Assembly (NCBI GenBank): GCA_030704615.1
Contig: CM060733.1
Location: 5,394,001 to 5,458,000, forward strand
Direction of reading: 5' to 3'
DNA from: Takakia lepidozioides
Taxonomy: Eukaryota > Plantae > Bryophyta
DNA: 64,000 nt
The notes under the pieces are model-generated. The model did not search any database. It was not told the origin of the DNA and was given only the letters and a program-made list of their open reading frames with translations. Numbering within the stretch: position 1 is the stretch's first letter; the number at the start of each line of letters is the position of its first letter. Shown one piece after another: positions 1-12,021 of this stretch. Position numbers and translations under genes: made by a program.

Positions 1-2227
1 GCCCAACATCAGTGGCTAAGCTCCCAAGTCCAACAAGACCTCGCAGTGGCCGGTACTTCTTGCCTGCCGGTCCACTCAAAGAGAAAATGCCATCCTGGTT
101 GTCTAACAAGACAACTCCAGGTGTCACCATGGCGCGCTCAAAGGCTGGCCTAGCTGGCAGCTCCGTCAACCTGGCAGCTGCAGCTTGCCATGGCGCAGCC
201 GTGGCAGTCTTGACCCTCAAATCCGAGGATCCCTCTGCCACTACACCTCCACTAACTCCGCAGAAGATGAAGTGACCTCCCCACTCTCACAGAGTGTTGC
301 TGCTAGTCTGAACACTGCAGCTGGTCTTACCCCCGGCGTCGCAATCATGGTTGCCGAGAACAGTGGGGCTTGACACACAGAGGTGGCTGCCCCCAACAAC
401 ACACCGGCTGCACTAGCCTTGGCAGCAGGTGTCAGTGCTGCACGTGTAGCTCTCCCCAATGGCATAGTAACCTCCGCCTCGGTAACAGTCGGGCGAGAAC
501 TAGGTGCCATGGATGGCGTCGACACTGTCTCCGCCAAGTGAATGACTGAGGAAGCCTCGCCTGACGGCTTGCCTCCCCACGTTGTGGATCCAACTCCACC
601 TCTGCACCTCGTGGCTCAGGAACTCGTGCTGCTCCTCGAGTCACGGCTGCAGCAGACTCCACCTGCTCTAGTGGTAGTGCTGCTCCGCACATGAATCCCA
701 TGCCTCCCATATCTCCTCCCTCAGGAGCAGGAGGTGGACCATCCCGCCTGGGAGCCGGTACCGCCTGAGCTGTAGCCATGGCAGCGAGCCTCTGCTCTAG
801 CTGCTGAAGCCGGTTGGCCATGCCTTGGTCAACACCCTGACCTCCGCGTCCTTGGCCATGTTCTTGCCACCTCGTGCCCGACCACCTCGTCCTCTCTGGG
901 CTGGTCCACCTCGCCCCGGCCACCATTGTTCCCTTGGAACTGGCCTGGGCGCAACTCAGGATGCAAGTCATAACACTGGGCATCTCCATGCCCATACTTG
1001 CCACAATGCCCACACTGCAACTGTGCAGGCTGTGCTTGTGCCGGCCTTTTGCCACTCTCTGGGCAATCTCTCTTGACATGGGGTCCTCCACATGTCCAAC
1101 ATATCACCCCTGGTTGCTGTTGGCCTGCAAAAGATGCCACGGGCCTCTGCACCTGAGGTCCCCTGTAAGCTCCATGGAACTTGGGTTGGGAAACCTTGCC
1201 CCCCTGACCACGCTGTTGGGCAGTCCCTTGTGCCTGTGGGCTGGCAGCTGCGCCTCGTGCAGGCATGTCCTTGCCAAATCCAATGGTAACAACTCGCTCC
1301 TCCACCATGTTGAGCTCAATCCGCTCAGCCAGCAGAAACACATCTGCTAATGTGGGTTGGGCTGCTTGTAACAGGGTTGCATCCCGCACCCTTCTCCTGA
1401 GCTCCTTGTCCAAATTCCATACCAAACTGGATTGCCTGAGCTTCAGTAACCCCTTGGGTCACACTTATCAAGCGCCTCATACGAGTGTACGCCTCTCGCA
1501 GGCTCTCACTGGGTTTGCGCTGGAAGTCTTGCAAACTTCGCAGCTTCTCTGTCCGTACACCTTGGTAGTTCCTCCGCAACTCCTGGAAGAACTCCACCAC
1601 CGGGTTGAATCTAGGCACATGTGTTGTAGTCGTGGCAGGAGGAGTAGTAGCACCTTTTGAACTGGTACCACCTGCAGAAGTACCGGCACTACTTGTTCCA
1701 CTACTAGTGCTGGCAGTGGGAGATATTGGTACTGATGCAGCTACTGGTCGCGTCGTGCCTCGAGTAATGGAGACGTAGTCAGGTGACCAATACATCCTCC
1801 ACTCCTCAATCTCTGCTTCATGTCCTCGCCTGAACTCGTGGTAATCGTCCATAGGCGGGCCTTCCAAATGCTGGAACAGTCCCTTCCACGCCATGAATGG
1901 GTGAATAGCTGTGGATTGCGCATCTGCTGCAAATCACACCAGCTGTCGAACTCCTGGATAAAGTCATCCAACTCGATTGTGCCCACAGCTCCAGAGTACC
2001 TACGAGGCCCCTTGGTAGCTCCATACATCTCCTCCATGTCGTCCCACAACAATGGCGAATGAAACTGCACACCTGTTGATGAAGCCTCCGAAGTCTGTGT
2101 CTGACTCCACTAGTTGAGGGTGGAGGTGAAGGTGGTCTGAAACGAACACCTCGTCTGTGAACCCACTCTCACTGCTACTGCCTGTAGCCGTACTCCCCTC
2201 AAACCCTGGGTAACTCCGTGATGACAC
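1..2227 (-). mobile_element. Ty3/Gypsy retrotransposon copy A: frameshifted gag (two CCHC knuckles) to start of aspartic protease; continues off the left edge
   Basis: Overlapping minus ORFs 2000-2227, 1741-2070, 1325-1894 and 829-1425 give a gag-like chain with CWTCGGPHVKRDC and CGHCGKYGHGDAQC knuckles. Bases 1-826 are the reverse complement of 5859-~6685 and end in RPLR/VLLDLGA (protease). Confidence 0.85.
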
Positions 2228-3799
2228 TCACAATGTGCACCTCCCCACGTGACACTATAAGGCTCTAGTACTAATTCTAATAGTGACACGGGTGGGCACC
2301 TGTTGCAGTTTAAGGGTCATATCCCAGTGGCTCAGGGCACCTGCACCTGCATCCACCGCAAGAACTCCTATGGTTGGCTGGTCATCAACCCAGCCTCACC
2401 ATAGAAGAAACACTGGTGGTCTTGCTGGTCATCACTCCAGCCTCACCACCGACAGCATACTCTAGGATTGACCGGTGATCAAATCCGGCCTAATCCCTAT
2501 GAAAGCAAGCGCCCACACAAAACCAACATGGCGCACAGTCAAGCATGCAGGTGTTGGGGGGATCCAAACACAAGAAATCAAAACATCAACACCCCCACAC
2601 CAAAATCCAGCTGCAATGCTGATCCTGCAGAATATCCCAGCCCAAAACCCCGGACTGACTGGCCTCCACCAAGAGAGGCTTTGGCAACTACAAGTACAAG
2701 GTAATGAAAATAGTACAGAGATGGAGGGGAAGAATAGAAGCCCGACCAAGCAAGATCTAATCCTGATCTATGCTATCAACTGCCAGACTTCTCTCAAAGT
2801 GCCTCGCTCTGCATGATGGTAAGGTGTAGGAGGTATATCTATGTCCAGAAACCTGCCACTAACCTTGTCCCAAGCTACAGTAGCTCGCTCTAACCAACCC
2901 TCCTCCTCTTTCTGCCAGGTAGAGACAAAGCAATACTCCCTATCTCCCGCTCACTGAACACTAAAGAAAACAAAGGTAGGGTCTGATAGTCTCTCAACTC
3001 GAAAGCTTTGAGACGGTTGCGGGTGTCCTCATTGCGAATGACTGCATCTCCTTCAAACAGAACAAACTTGTCATTGCTAATGAACCCCCGCTCGTGGTTG
3101 CCTTGTGCAGAGCGTGTCCGGCTGCAACCTGTCTGATTGCACAAACTTGTGTAGCTCCTGCTCCTCTGCTCCAGTACACCACGGCCTTGTGGCTGAACAC
3201 CTTGGTCCCCGGGGCTGTCTTTGGCTGTGTTCCAAGCCTAGCTTTCACCCACTTTGGTATTTCACCTACAGCTGCAGAACTGCTGGCTCCAACAGAGTTC
3301 TGACTGTCCAAAGCAATATTGAGGCCCTCAACGCCAACTACAGCAGTTTGTTGTCTACTGCTAATGCCTGACTCCCAGTATGCAATCAACTCGTCCAACT
3401 GTTCTCCACTCAAATCAGTCTGAGTTCCTTGGGAAACATAAATCTTGTCCCCTTGTGTGCACAGGCTAAGAGAAGAGACCTGCCCTTCAATTACGTCCTC
3501 ATTTCCCCCAGCCATACAAGGAGGACATCCCAGATTTGTCTCTCATGTAGACCAGAACAGGTTCTAGAAACAGGATTGTGGATCTTTCATGGCACACTCA
3601 CACTCTAAAAATTCCATAGATTTTTAGCAGAGTCAGATAGGTAGATATCCCCTTTCTGCAGCTATCCCCCCAAAAACTGAGTCAAACGAGTCATTTGACA
3701 AAGATATGACCAATTAGGCTTAAATCATTTAAATTAGATCTTTTTTTTTTTTTTTTTTTAACACCCAAACGTTCTTGTCATTACAACCTGTTCCCAGGT

Positions 3800-5858
3800 T
3801 ATCTACGGGTTCCCGAGGCCGTTCCCCGACTATGCTGACTCCGGGAGCAACAGAGACGAAGGCTCTGCTCAGTTGAGCCCAATCGAAGGGACGAAGAAGT
3901 CAGCGACATGCATATCTCTGACGAGCAATACTTCGCTGACGACCAGGCACTCCAAACCAGACCAAATAGTGACCACCAACGATCGCCCCAGGAAATGCAA
4001 TCATACAAGACCGAGTTTTCTCCCCAGCAGACAAGCGGGTGTAGGTCAGCCGAGTCTTGTGGTAAGGTGAAGAGGATGCTCGGTGCATGAAGAGCTGGGT
4101 CCGATCAGCTGGCTAAGATTTGCGTTACAGATGAGATATAAACCTCTTGAGTAGCTTAGGATGGTGGAGTTGGGTCTGGCATTGACTCGTTATGATTCAT
4201 CTTTTGGCCATGGTTGGTCTCGATTTGACATGCGCAGTACATCTCCAGTATCATATTCTTGTCTTTTCGAGTCCTGGCAACCTCCCGGCTCAGCAGGTTC
4301 TTGCAAGTGCGTCAAAAGTTGGGTTTCCTCCAGTGCGTGTGCTCATTATCTTGCGCGGGTTGATGATGGGTCTCGTGCACCGGTCAAGCATTCCCTCCCT
4401 ATGCTTCATTCTTTCTCTTTTCGCAGGTTACAACTATATCTCCCTTTAATCCTCTCGCACGGTTGGGCAGAGAGTTGAGGCAGCTTCTTCTTCAAGAAAT
4501 GTTATCAATCACAATTTGGGTCGTTGGACAGAGTATCCGAGTTGGCTTGTACATCTTTGAAGCCTTCCTCCTCTTCACAGGCCGCTTCGAGTGCTCTCTG
4601 TTTGCAGCACCTTCTTCCTATCTCTGAATCTCTCCCTCAGTCTAAAGAAACAGGATGCCCACAAGTAACCTATCGCATGCGACTTCTGCTTAAAGCAAGA
4701 TGGGTTGCATTCCTCCTGTTTGCTGGTGTCGCGGCCACTTTCATGTGGAAGAGGGTTCCCCGTGCCCTGTCAAATCCTACCACCTTCTATCAAACCGACA
4801 CCGAAGTAGAAAGCAATCAAGTAGATTGGTTCCCACATTGCCATCCGCATATTTTGTGCATGGCGATTCGGGTGAGGCCAGACATTTCCTTGCTGAGCGA
4901 GGAAAAATAAGGGCGGAGAACTGCTCATGTCAAAAGGTCAAAGCCAAAGAGGTTGAAACATTGTGCGAAGGGGGACTGCAGCTGGATGCTCTGGAACCCA
5001 TCGCCAGCACTCTTTGCGAGGAGTCCATCCGTCACCATCCTCAAGAAGATCAACCTGGGCCACTCGAGAGTATTGAGAGTTCTTGAGGTAAATAGAACTA
5101 CCACACCTGGTAGCCAGGACATTGAAGCTACTATGATCGTTTAAAAAGTGGCTTGACACAAACCACGGCATTTCTGCTGCCCTCTCCCACTTCAGCGCAG
5201 CATTCAGCGTCCAGAGAGTGAAGTCCCTCTTTCCATAAAGGTAGACCTCCACGGTAAAGAGGATGAAATGCCCGCCACTTTCTATCAGCTTTCTGTCTTC
5301 GCATATGACTCCTATCCAAAGTGCAGGCCTGTCGTGCGGACCTCAATCCAGACCTCTTGGTTTTCAAACTCACGAGCAGAGACGACAACTAAATTGCGCG
5401 CACAGCCCATGGAAACAGCAGGGCCAGATGGACTCCCGCCCCAAGATATATATTATAATAATGCTAAAACAAACATATCTAGCTTAGCACCAGCACACTA
5501 GATAACGCTCATCTCTCTCGAGTGATAAGAAAGCTAAAGGACACACACTCTCAACACAAGAAACATGAAATCCATCGCATCACTCTTTTAAAATAGAAGT
5601 CGAGCCAGGGCACCCCAAGCTATGGGGACTCCACCCCACAACAACCTACACTCCCATCATAAGCACACTCAGTTCTAAACGATGAAGGAGCTCGGTCGCG
5701 CAGGCTCAACTCGAGAGAGATGAGCTGCGCGACTGCCGCTCTCGTGAAGATAGAAGGTGTCACGGTGGTGTCAACTAAACTTGACACCTGATTTAACACT
5801 TGACCTAAATCCAAGTGTTAAATATAAATAACTAGCTTTATTCTTATTTAACTTGACA
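3800..5858 (-). mobile_element. Fragment of a second repeat element with an LTR-like TG terminus (TGTCAAG at 5858)
   Basis: The reverse complement of ~5560-5858 aligns by eye with 10863-~11130 (tgtcaagtta...tatcttcacg...gctcatct.tct.gagttgagcct...tccccat.gc.tggggtgc). It abuts the gag of copy B exactly at 5858/5859. The internal part has no recognisable domain, so the left boundary is a guess. Confidence 0.45.
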
Positions 5859-6629
5859 AAGGCATGGCCAACCGGCTTCAGCAGCTAGAGCAGAGGCTTG
5901 CTGCCATGGCTACAGCTCAGGTGGTACCGGCTCTAAGGCCGGATGGTCCACCTCCTGCTCCTAAGGGAGGAGATATGGGAGGCATGGGATTCATGTGTGG
6001 AGCAGCACTACCACTAGTGCAGGTGGAGTCTGCTGCAGCCGTGACTCAAGGAGCAGCATGAGTTCCTGAGCCACGAGGTGCAGAGGTGGAGTTGGATCCA
6101 CAGCGTGGGAGGCAAGCCGTCAGGCTAGGCTTCCTCAGTCGTTCACATTGGCGGAGACAGTGTCGACGCCATCCATGGCACCTAGTTCTCGCCCGACTGT
6201 TACCGAGGCGGATGTTACTATGTCATTGAGGAGAGCTACACGGGTAGCACCACTACCTAGTATTGCCAAGGCTACGGCTAGTGTGCTACTAGGAGCGGCC
6301 ACATTTGTGTGTCAGGCTCCATTGTTCTCGGCTACCATGATTGCGACGCCGGGGGTAAGACCAGCTGAGGTGTTCAGGCTGGCAGCTACACTCTGTGAGA
6401 GTGGGGAAGTTACTTCATCTTCTGTGGAGATAGTGGGAGGTGTAGTGCTGGAGGGATCCTCGGATTTGAGGGTCAAGACTGCCACGGCGGCGCCATGGCA
6501 AGCTGCAGCTGCCAGGTTGATGGAGCTGCCAGCTAGGCCAACCATTGAGCGCGCCATGGTTACACCTGGAGTTGTCATGTTAGACAACCAGGATGGCATT
6601 TTCTGTTTGAGTGGACCGGCAGGCAAGAG

Positions 6630-6960
6630 GTACCGGCCACTGCGGGTCTTGTTGGACTCGGGAGCTCAGCCATTGATGCTGGGCAGAGCTGCTATTGCAG
6701 GCTTGGGCCTCACGAAGGCGGATATAGAGCCTTGTCTTTTCCAGATACAGACGTCTCTGGGAGGATCAAAGCAGGCTTGGGGCATGACACGGCTTGAGTT
6801 GGCTATCAGACTACGGCCGGATCACCTTATAGATGGCTCAGTGATGCGAGCCAAGGCCATTGTGACAGACGCAGTCTCATACGATGTCCTGGTTGGTGGG
6901 GCAGTGTTGTACCCCATGGGCTTCACCCTGGATTTTTGGGAGGAGTCAGCTTTCTATAGG
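6630..6960 (+). pseudogene. Retrotransposon aspartic protease
   Basis: RPLRVLLDSGAQPLMLG (D-S-G catalytic motif) and downstream YDVLVG (ILG-like motif). Confidence 0.85.
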
Positions 6961-7364
6961 CCTGCATGGCAGTCAGGGGAGGGCCGGCGGTGTGCAGCTC
7001 CCTGTGACGTTCATAGGAGGAGTTGCAGTTGCCCAGCGAGGCAAGATGCTGACACTAGCAACATTCACAGCGGCAGTGAGTTGGCCTAGAGAGTTGCTTG
7101 AGGGCAACGCTCATTCAGAGGATGTGCCACCTCCGGGAGAGCAGGATGACATGTATGGTATGACGGAGTTGCCTACCATGGTTGCTCAGACTCCATTGTG
7201 GGGCACGAGCAAGGATTTGCAGTGGGATGCTGATCGACGGGTGCAACAAGCCTGGGTGGAGGCTTTTGTACCGTCAGGAGAGGAGGAGAGTGCGGGGATT
7301 GCATCAGGACCACCTCAGTTGTCTCCATTGGACACCACACCTATTGTGTGGCAGTATCCGGATG

Positions 7365-8300
7365 AAGGCATTTGTCTTCTGGACTTGTTTGGCGGGATCA
7401 GCACCGGATTGGCTGCTGTGTTACAGGCAGGTGTACGAGTTCGGCGTTACCTGTATGTGGAGAGGGATGAGACTGCATGACTCGTTTCACTTCGCCATAT
7501 TGCTCAGTTGGTGCAGTGGTACCCTGAGTTGTTATCGGTGTCTGCAATTTGTGGATATCAGCAGGCCTTGCCAGCAGACATTTCGTTGCTAGGGGCGCAG
7601 GATTTGGAGCGGGTTGGGTCCATTGATCTGGTAGTGGCAGGTTGGCCCTGCCAAGGGCATTCATCCCGGGCATGGCAAAGGATTGCGACTCGAGGTCGGG
7701 TCTGTTTTGGGAGATGGTGCGGGTTTTGCGCCACTTGCAGCTTCATCAAGTTGTATCTCCAGCATACATCTTGGAGAATGTGCCACTGATGGGTGATTCT
7801 TGGGCCAGGGTGATGGCCAGTGTGCATCAAGTCCGGTCGTGGCTTGGGTCAGCAGTGTTGCTAGATGCAGCTACAGTGGGGTCACGGGCTCGTCCACGGC
7901 TATGGTGGACTAACTTGATGCCACCCGCAGTGCTCAAGCGTGCATTTGATGGGGTGCAGCGGCCAACACATCTCACAGTGGATAGCATTCTGGACACAGG
8001 GAGGCAGTCTCAGCGTATGAGACATGATGACCATTCGCCTTTGGCAGTGGTCAACAAGGTGGGTCAACCACGAGCAACATTACCTACACTGCTCAGCTTC
8101 CCAGGATCGCATGCTTTCCGGGATAGTGGACCTGGCCTCCTGTGGGATGCTCAGTTGCAGCAGTTAGTGGAGCCTAATGCTGACGAGTGTGAGCGGGCAA
8201 TGGGTTTTACCACTGGTACCACGGCATTGTCGTCTCTTTCTGAGGCATCACGTCGTCAAGTATTGGGGCAAGCAATGGATCTCAATTGCTTGACCTGGAT
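7365..8300 (+). pseudogene. Retrotransposon-encoded C5-cytosine DNA methyltransferase, DNMT3-like catalytic domain (disrupted)
   Basis: Motifs in canonical order: I LLDLFGGISTG, II YVE, IV DLVVAGWPCQGHS, SGLFWEMVRVL, VI ILENVP, VIII RARPRLWWTN, IX ERAMGF, X RRQVLGQAM. Stop at 7478-7480 and a frameshift near 7670. Confidence 0.9.
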
Positions 8301-9176
8301 TATCAGCTTGGCTATGGCTGAGCAACGCAGAGTGCGGAGTACACTTCCCTCGATGGTCTCTCTACCTACCGAGACGGTACAGGCAGTGAGTGGGGGCGAG
8401 CATGTGAGGACCACGGGGTGCATGCATCCATGGCACACGTGGGAGGTGCTCGAGGTTCAGAGGGAGTTGGCAGCCAAGGCGGCTGTGATGGATGAGGTTG
8501 GGGATTCTTCTCGGGTTGAGGAGGTCCTCAAGGATGAGATGATGGGGCAGGATGAGGCCTTGTCATTGACTGAGCAGGAAGGGAGTACTGCTCAAGAGGT
8601 TGCGGCATAGCAACCACGGGACGTGTCCTCTACCTCTAAGTCTGCTGGACTTAAGGTTGCAGTTACGAAGGGCAATTGGGAGCCTGACATTGGACCTATT
8701 GTCACTAGAGGAGAGAGACGACGTATACGGCGGTTCCTGAGGCTTACAGGAATTGCTTTGTCTCTCGTGCTACGGTGGATGAGCATGAGAGACATGTTCA
8801 GGTTGTGCATCGACCGGGTTTGGTCAATAGGGATGCGGATGGATTGAGTCACAATCCATGCACAAGCCAGCAGGATGACACTGGAGCTCGGTGGCATGGT
8901 GAGACGGACGAGGAGATGGTGCCGGGATGGCATGCATCTGCCTTTTTGTGTATCTTGGCATCGGGAGGTCAGGTTGGACCTACAATAGGGATGACTGTAG
9001 ACGGAGTGTCTGAGGACCCTGAGGCTAGTGATGAGCCAGGTGGTGCCAAAGATATATATGAGGATTTGGTTGTGTTGGACTACCTCCACATTGGAGACAC
9101 GGCAGCTAGTGTGACTGCCAAGGAAAGGGATCGGATCCTACAACGAGCCAAGAGGTTCAAGTGGTAGGGGATACAC

Positions 9177-10412
9177 ATGCTTCGAGTGTGGGAGGATGGT
9201 CGGGTGAGGATTGTGCCTCACCCCACACAGCGTGCACGGTTAGTGCGGCATGCCCATGAGGAGTTGGGGCATTTTGGAGTGCGACGCACTCACAGTTTAC
9301 TGCAGGGGCAGTATTGGTGGCGTGGTATGTATACAGAGGTGCAACAGTTCGTGGCTAGGTGCATGGTGTGTGATAGGGTGCGTGCTTCATTCAACGCCCC
9401 TACACCACAGTTGCATCCTTTACCAATAATGGGATTGGGCTACAGGTGGAGTCTTGACTTCGCAAGACCGTTGCCACTGACTATGCGCCACCACAGATAT
9501 GTGTTGGTGATGGTGAAGCACTTCTCCAAGTGGATTGAGTTGGTTCCATTGCCTGACAAGGCTAGTGTCTTGGGGGAGTTTCAGGCTTTGTGTGATACAG
9601 CCTTGATAGACCACCGCACCACTTCTCGGGATCATCCTGAGGCTGATGGCTTGGCAGAGAGAGTTGTTCAGACGGTGAAGAAGGGTTTGCGCAAGTATGG
9701 CTTGCAGAAGGGACACCTAGGAGATTGGGATCTTCAGGTTCCTTGGTTAGCCATGAGCTACAGGTTCAACAAACAAGCATCACTTGCCTCCTTCTCATCA
9801 TATTTCCTTCTCTTTGGCCGAGAGCCGGATTTGCCTATAGTCATTCGTAGGGACACTGCTCAAGTCCTTAACCTTGACGATCCGGACGTGTGGGTACGTG
9901 CATGTGATCAGCGTGCAGAATTGTTCAAGAAAGTCATGCCCATGGCTTTTGAGAACCTTGCCATTGCACAGCACCGTGATACGTTGAGGTATGTCACTAT
10001 ATGTGGTGGAGGATATCGTCCTGGGGTTCGGAGGTTTAGCCCTGGTGACTATGTTTATTTGCAGCAGACTGCTCCTACGACTCTGGATGTTACTGCAGGG
10101 CGTGTTATTCTGAGGGTTCAAGAGGTGTTGCCCTCAGGAGTCCTGATCTTGGAGGGTCGGGATGGCATGACTTGGAAAGACCATGTGCGTAATTGTGCGT
10201 CATGTCACCTTCCCAATGTCGATGGCAGAGTTGACCCAAACTTGGCAGTGGTACCTGCAGGTTTGAGGTGCATACTCTGTGGGTCTGCCAAAGGGGCAGC
10301 CATCATGATGGTGTGTGATCGATGCTCAAGGGGTTGGAATATGGGATGCTTGACACCACCTCTTGAGAAGGTTCCTGACGGAGATTGGTTGTGTCCACAC
10401 TACTTGGGATAG
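9177..10412 (+). pseudogene. Gypsy integrase with C-terminal PHD finger (internal deletion in catalytic core)
   Basis: 411-aa ORF with an HHCC zinc finger and rve core. C-terminus is CILCGSAKGAAIMMVCDRCSRGWNMGCLTPPLEKVPDGDWLCPHY (PHD spacing, with H->N and last C->Y). Confidence 0.88.
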
Positions 10413-10672
10413 TGGCAGTGGACATGACTGGAGGCAGCTAACAAGACATGGGAGGCCAAGCTCATATGAGTCAATACATGAGATCCCAAGCTCAAGTTCA
10501 CAGGTTGCAAGACGGTGACTAACGATGGGGCAACTCTTGCACCCGGCCTCTTGATCTATTGAGTTTGAGTGTAGTAGGGATAGTGGTGGAGAACTTAGTG
10601 AGGCTATGGTCACTATCACATCTTGTGGCTACCTGGACTTAGAGGGACCTAAGCACCAGCTAGGGGGGCGAT

Positions 10673-11351
10673 TGTGTGGACTAGTGACTGCCAGAGTGGG
10701 CAGCATAGTGGCAGCCTAGTGACTGACTAGTTGTAGTCTAGTGGTTGGACTAGTGGCTGGACTAGTGGTGAACTAGTGATATACTAGTGTGTGGCGTGCA
10801 CATGTGTTGTGTGGTTTTGGACAGCGATGTAGTTGTGTAGCGATATGTATGCGCATGACAGCTGTCAAGTTATTTTACCACTAGTGTGAAACTAGCTAAG
10901 AAATAGCTAGCTTTTACATATTGACATTTGGGATTGGCCCCAAGTGTCAACCCAGGGGTCAAGGCAGATTCAGGCCCTGGAGTGGTTATCTTCACGGCAA
11001 GCGCGGGAGGCTCATCTTTCTTGAGTTGAGCCTCACCGCGCCTAGCTATGGCGCCGTAGTGTGGATTCCCCATGGCGTGGGGTGCACTTGGCTTGACTTG
11101 TATTTGAGTGATGAGGTTATATATGCATGAATTTATGCTTCAGATTTGTGTGCTCGTGCTTGTATTTTTTTTCGTTGTGTGGACTAGTGACTGCCATAGT
11201 GGGCAGCATAGTGGCAGCCTAGTGACTGACTAGTTGTAGCCTAGTGGTTGGACTAGTGGTGAACTAGTGATATACTAGTGTGTGGCATGCAAATGTGTTG
11301 TGTGGTTTTGGACAGCGGTGTAGTTGTGTAGCGATATGTATGTGCACGACA
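10673..11351 (+). repeat. Two direct copies of the LTR-start unit (10673-10860, 11176-11351) separated by a 315-bp segment
   Basis: Both copies start TGTGTGGACTAGTGACTGCC and end ...GCA(T/C)GACA. Rich in ACTAGT repeats. Confidence 0.85.
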
Positions 11352-12021
11352 GGGGCGTTACCCTACGTAAGGAAATGCCAAAAAATTTTAAAAGAAAATC
11401 TAATGACAGATGCATACTGCATTTCGGAATGCACTCGATGGAGCTGATAGGGTGCATTCCGTCGGGTGGAATGCACATCGATGAATTCTGCTTTTTAACG
11501 GCACGATAAATACAAACAAAAGTTTTTGGCAATGCTTTGCGGTGTCATTACATCCTGAATGGATATTGCCTTCGGTTTGAAAGTGGGACACTTTCTAACG
11601 GCCGAAAACGGTTCAATGTGGTTGCCCAAACCTCCCCAAGGACTAGAAAGTCCCTAGGTACCCACACATTAGTTATCTAGTTGACTCAAGTACCTCGCTT
11701 TTATGGATGGCTGATTGGCCTTGTAAACGGGTGGACACTATGAATAAGGTATGAACTTAATTCACTCATGCTATCTAAGGGTACTTTCGCGGGCTGGCAG
11801 CCTGGGCTCCTCCAGCGGGACCGGTGTCAAATCCTCCCCACTCCCTCTTACCTCGGTTTAAGAATCCAAGATGGTGTAAGGGCAATGGGTAGCGGTTGGT
11901 AAGGTGATTGTAGTGCATGCTGCAAGATTCAGTACACATTTCTTTGATTGAAGGCTATTGTAGTGTAACCTGGTGTTGGCCAACTCTTAACTTTCAAATT
12001 CGCATTCTTCTGGGTTGAGTC

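Larger units (their letters stand above)
5859..10860 (+). mobile_element. Ty3/Gypsy retrotransposon copy B: gag 3' end, protease, C5-methyltransferase, (RT deleted), RNase H end, integrase-PHD, PPT, 3' LTR start
   Basis: Protease LLDSGA (~6650); RNase H tail VVHRPGLVNRDADGLS (~8800); integrase HHCC (HEELGHFG...CMVC) and core WSLDF...AERVVQTVK. The polypurine tract aggggggcg (10662-10670) is followed by TGTGTGG at 10673. PR-RH-IN order is Gypsy-type. Confidence 0.92.

Noticed and set aside
2283-2306. LTR end plus primer-binding site (…CAACA GGTGCCCACCCGTG, minus strand) for copy A
   Set aside because: Lacks the canonical TGG start, and the upstream region does not match the LTR seen at 10673. 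Cannot be supported.
7365-8300. Bacterial restriction-modification MTase or contamination
   Set aside because: Embedded collinearly in Gypsy pol and contiguous with intron-containing plant genes. No cognate endonuclease.
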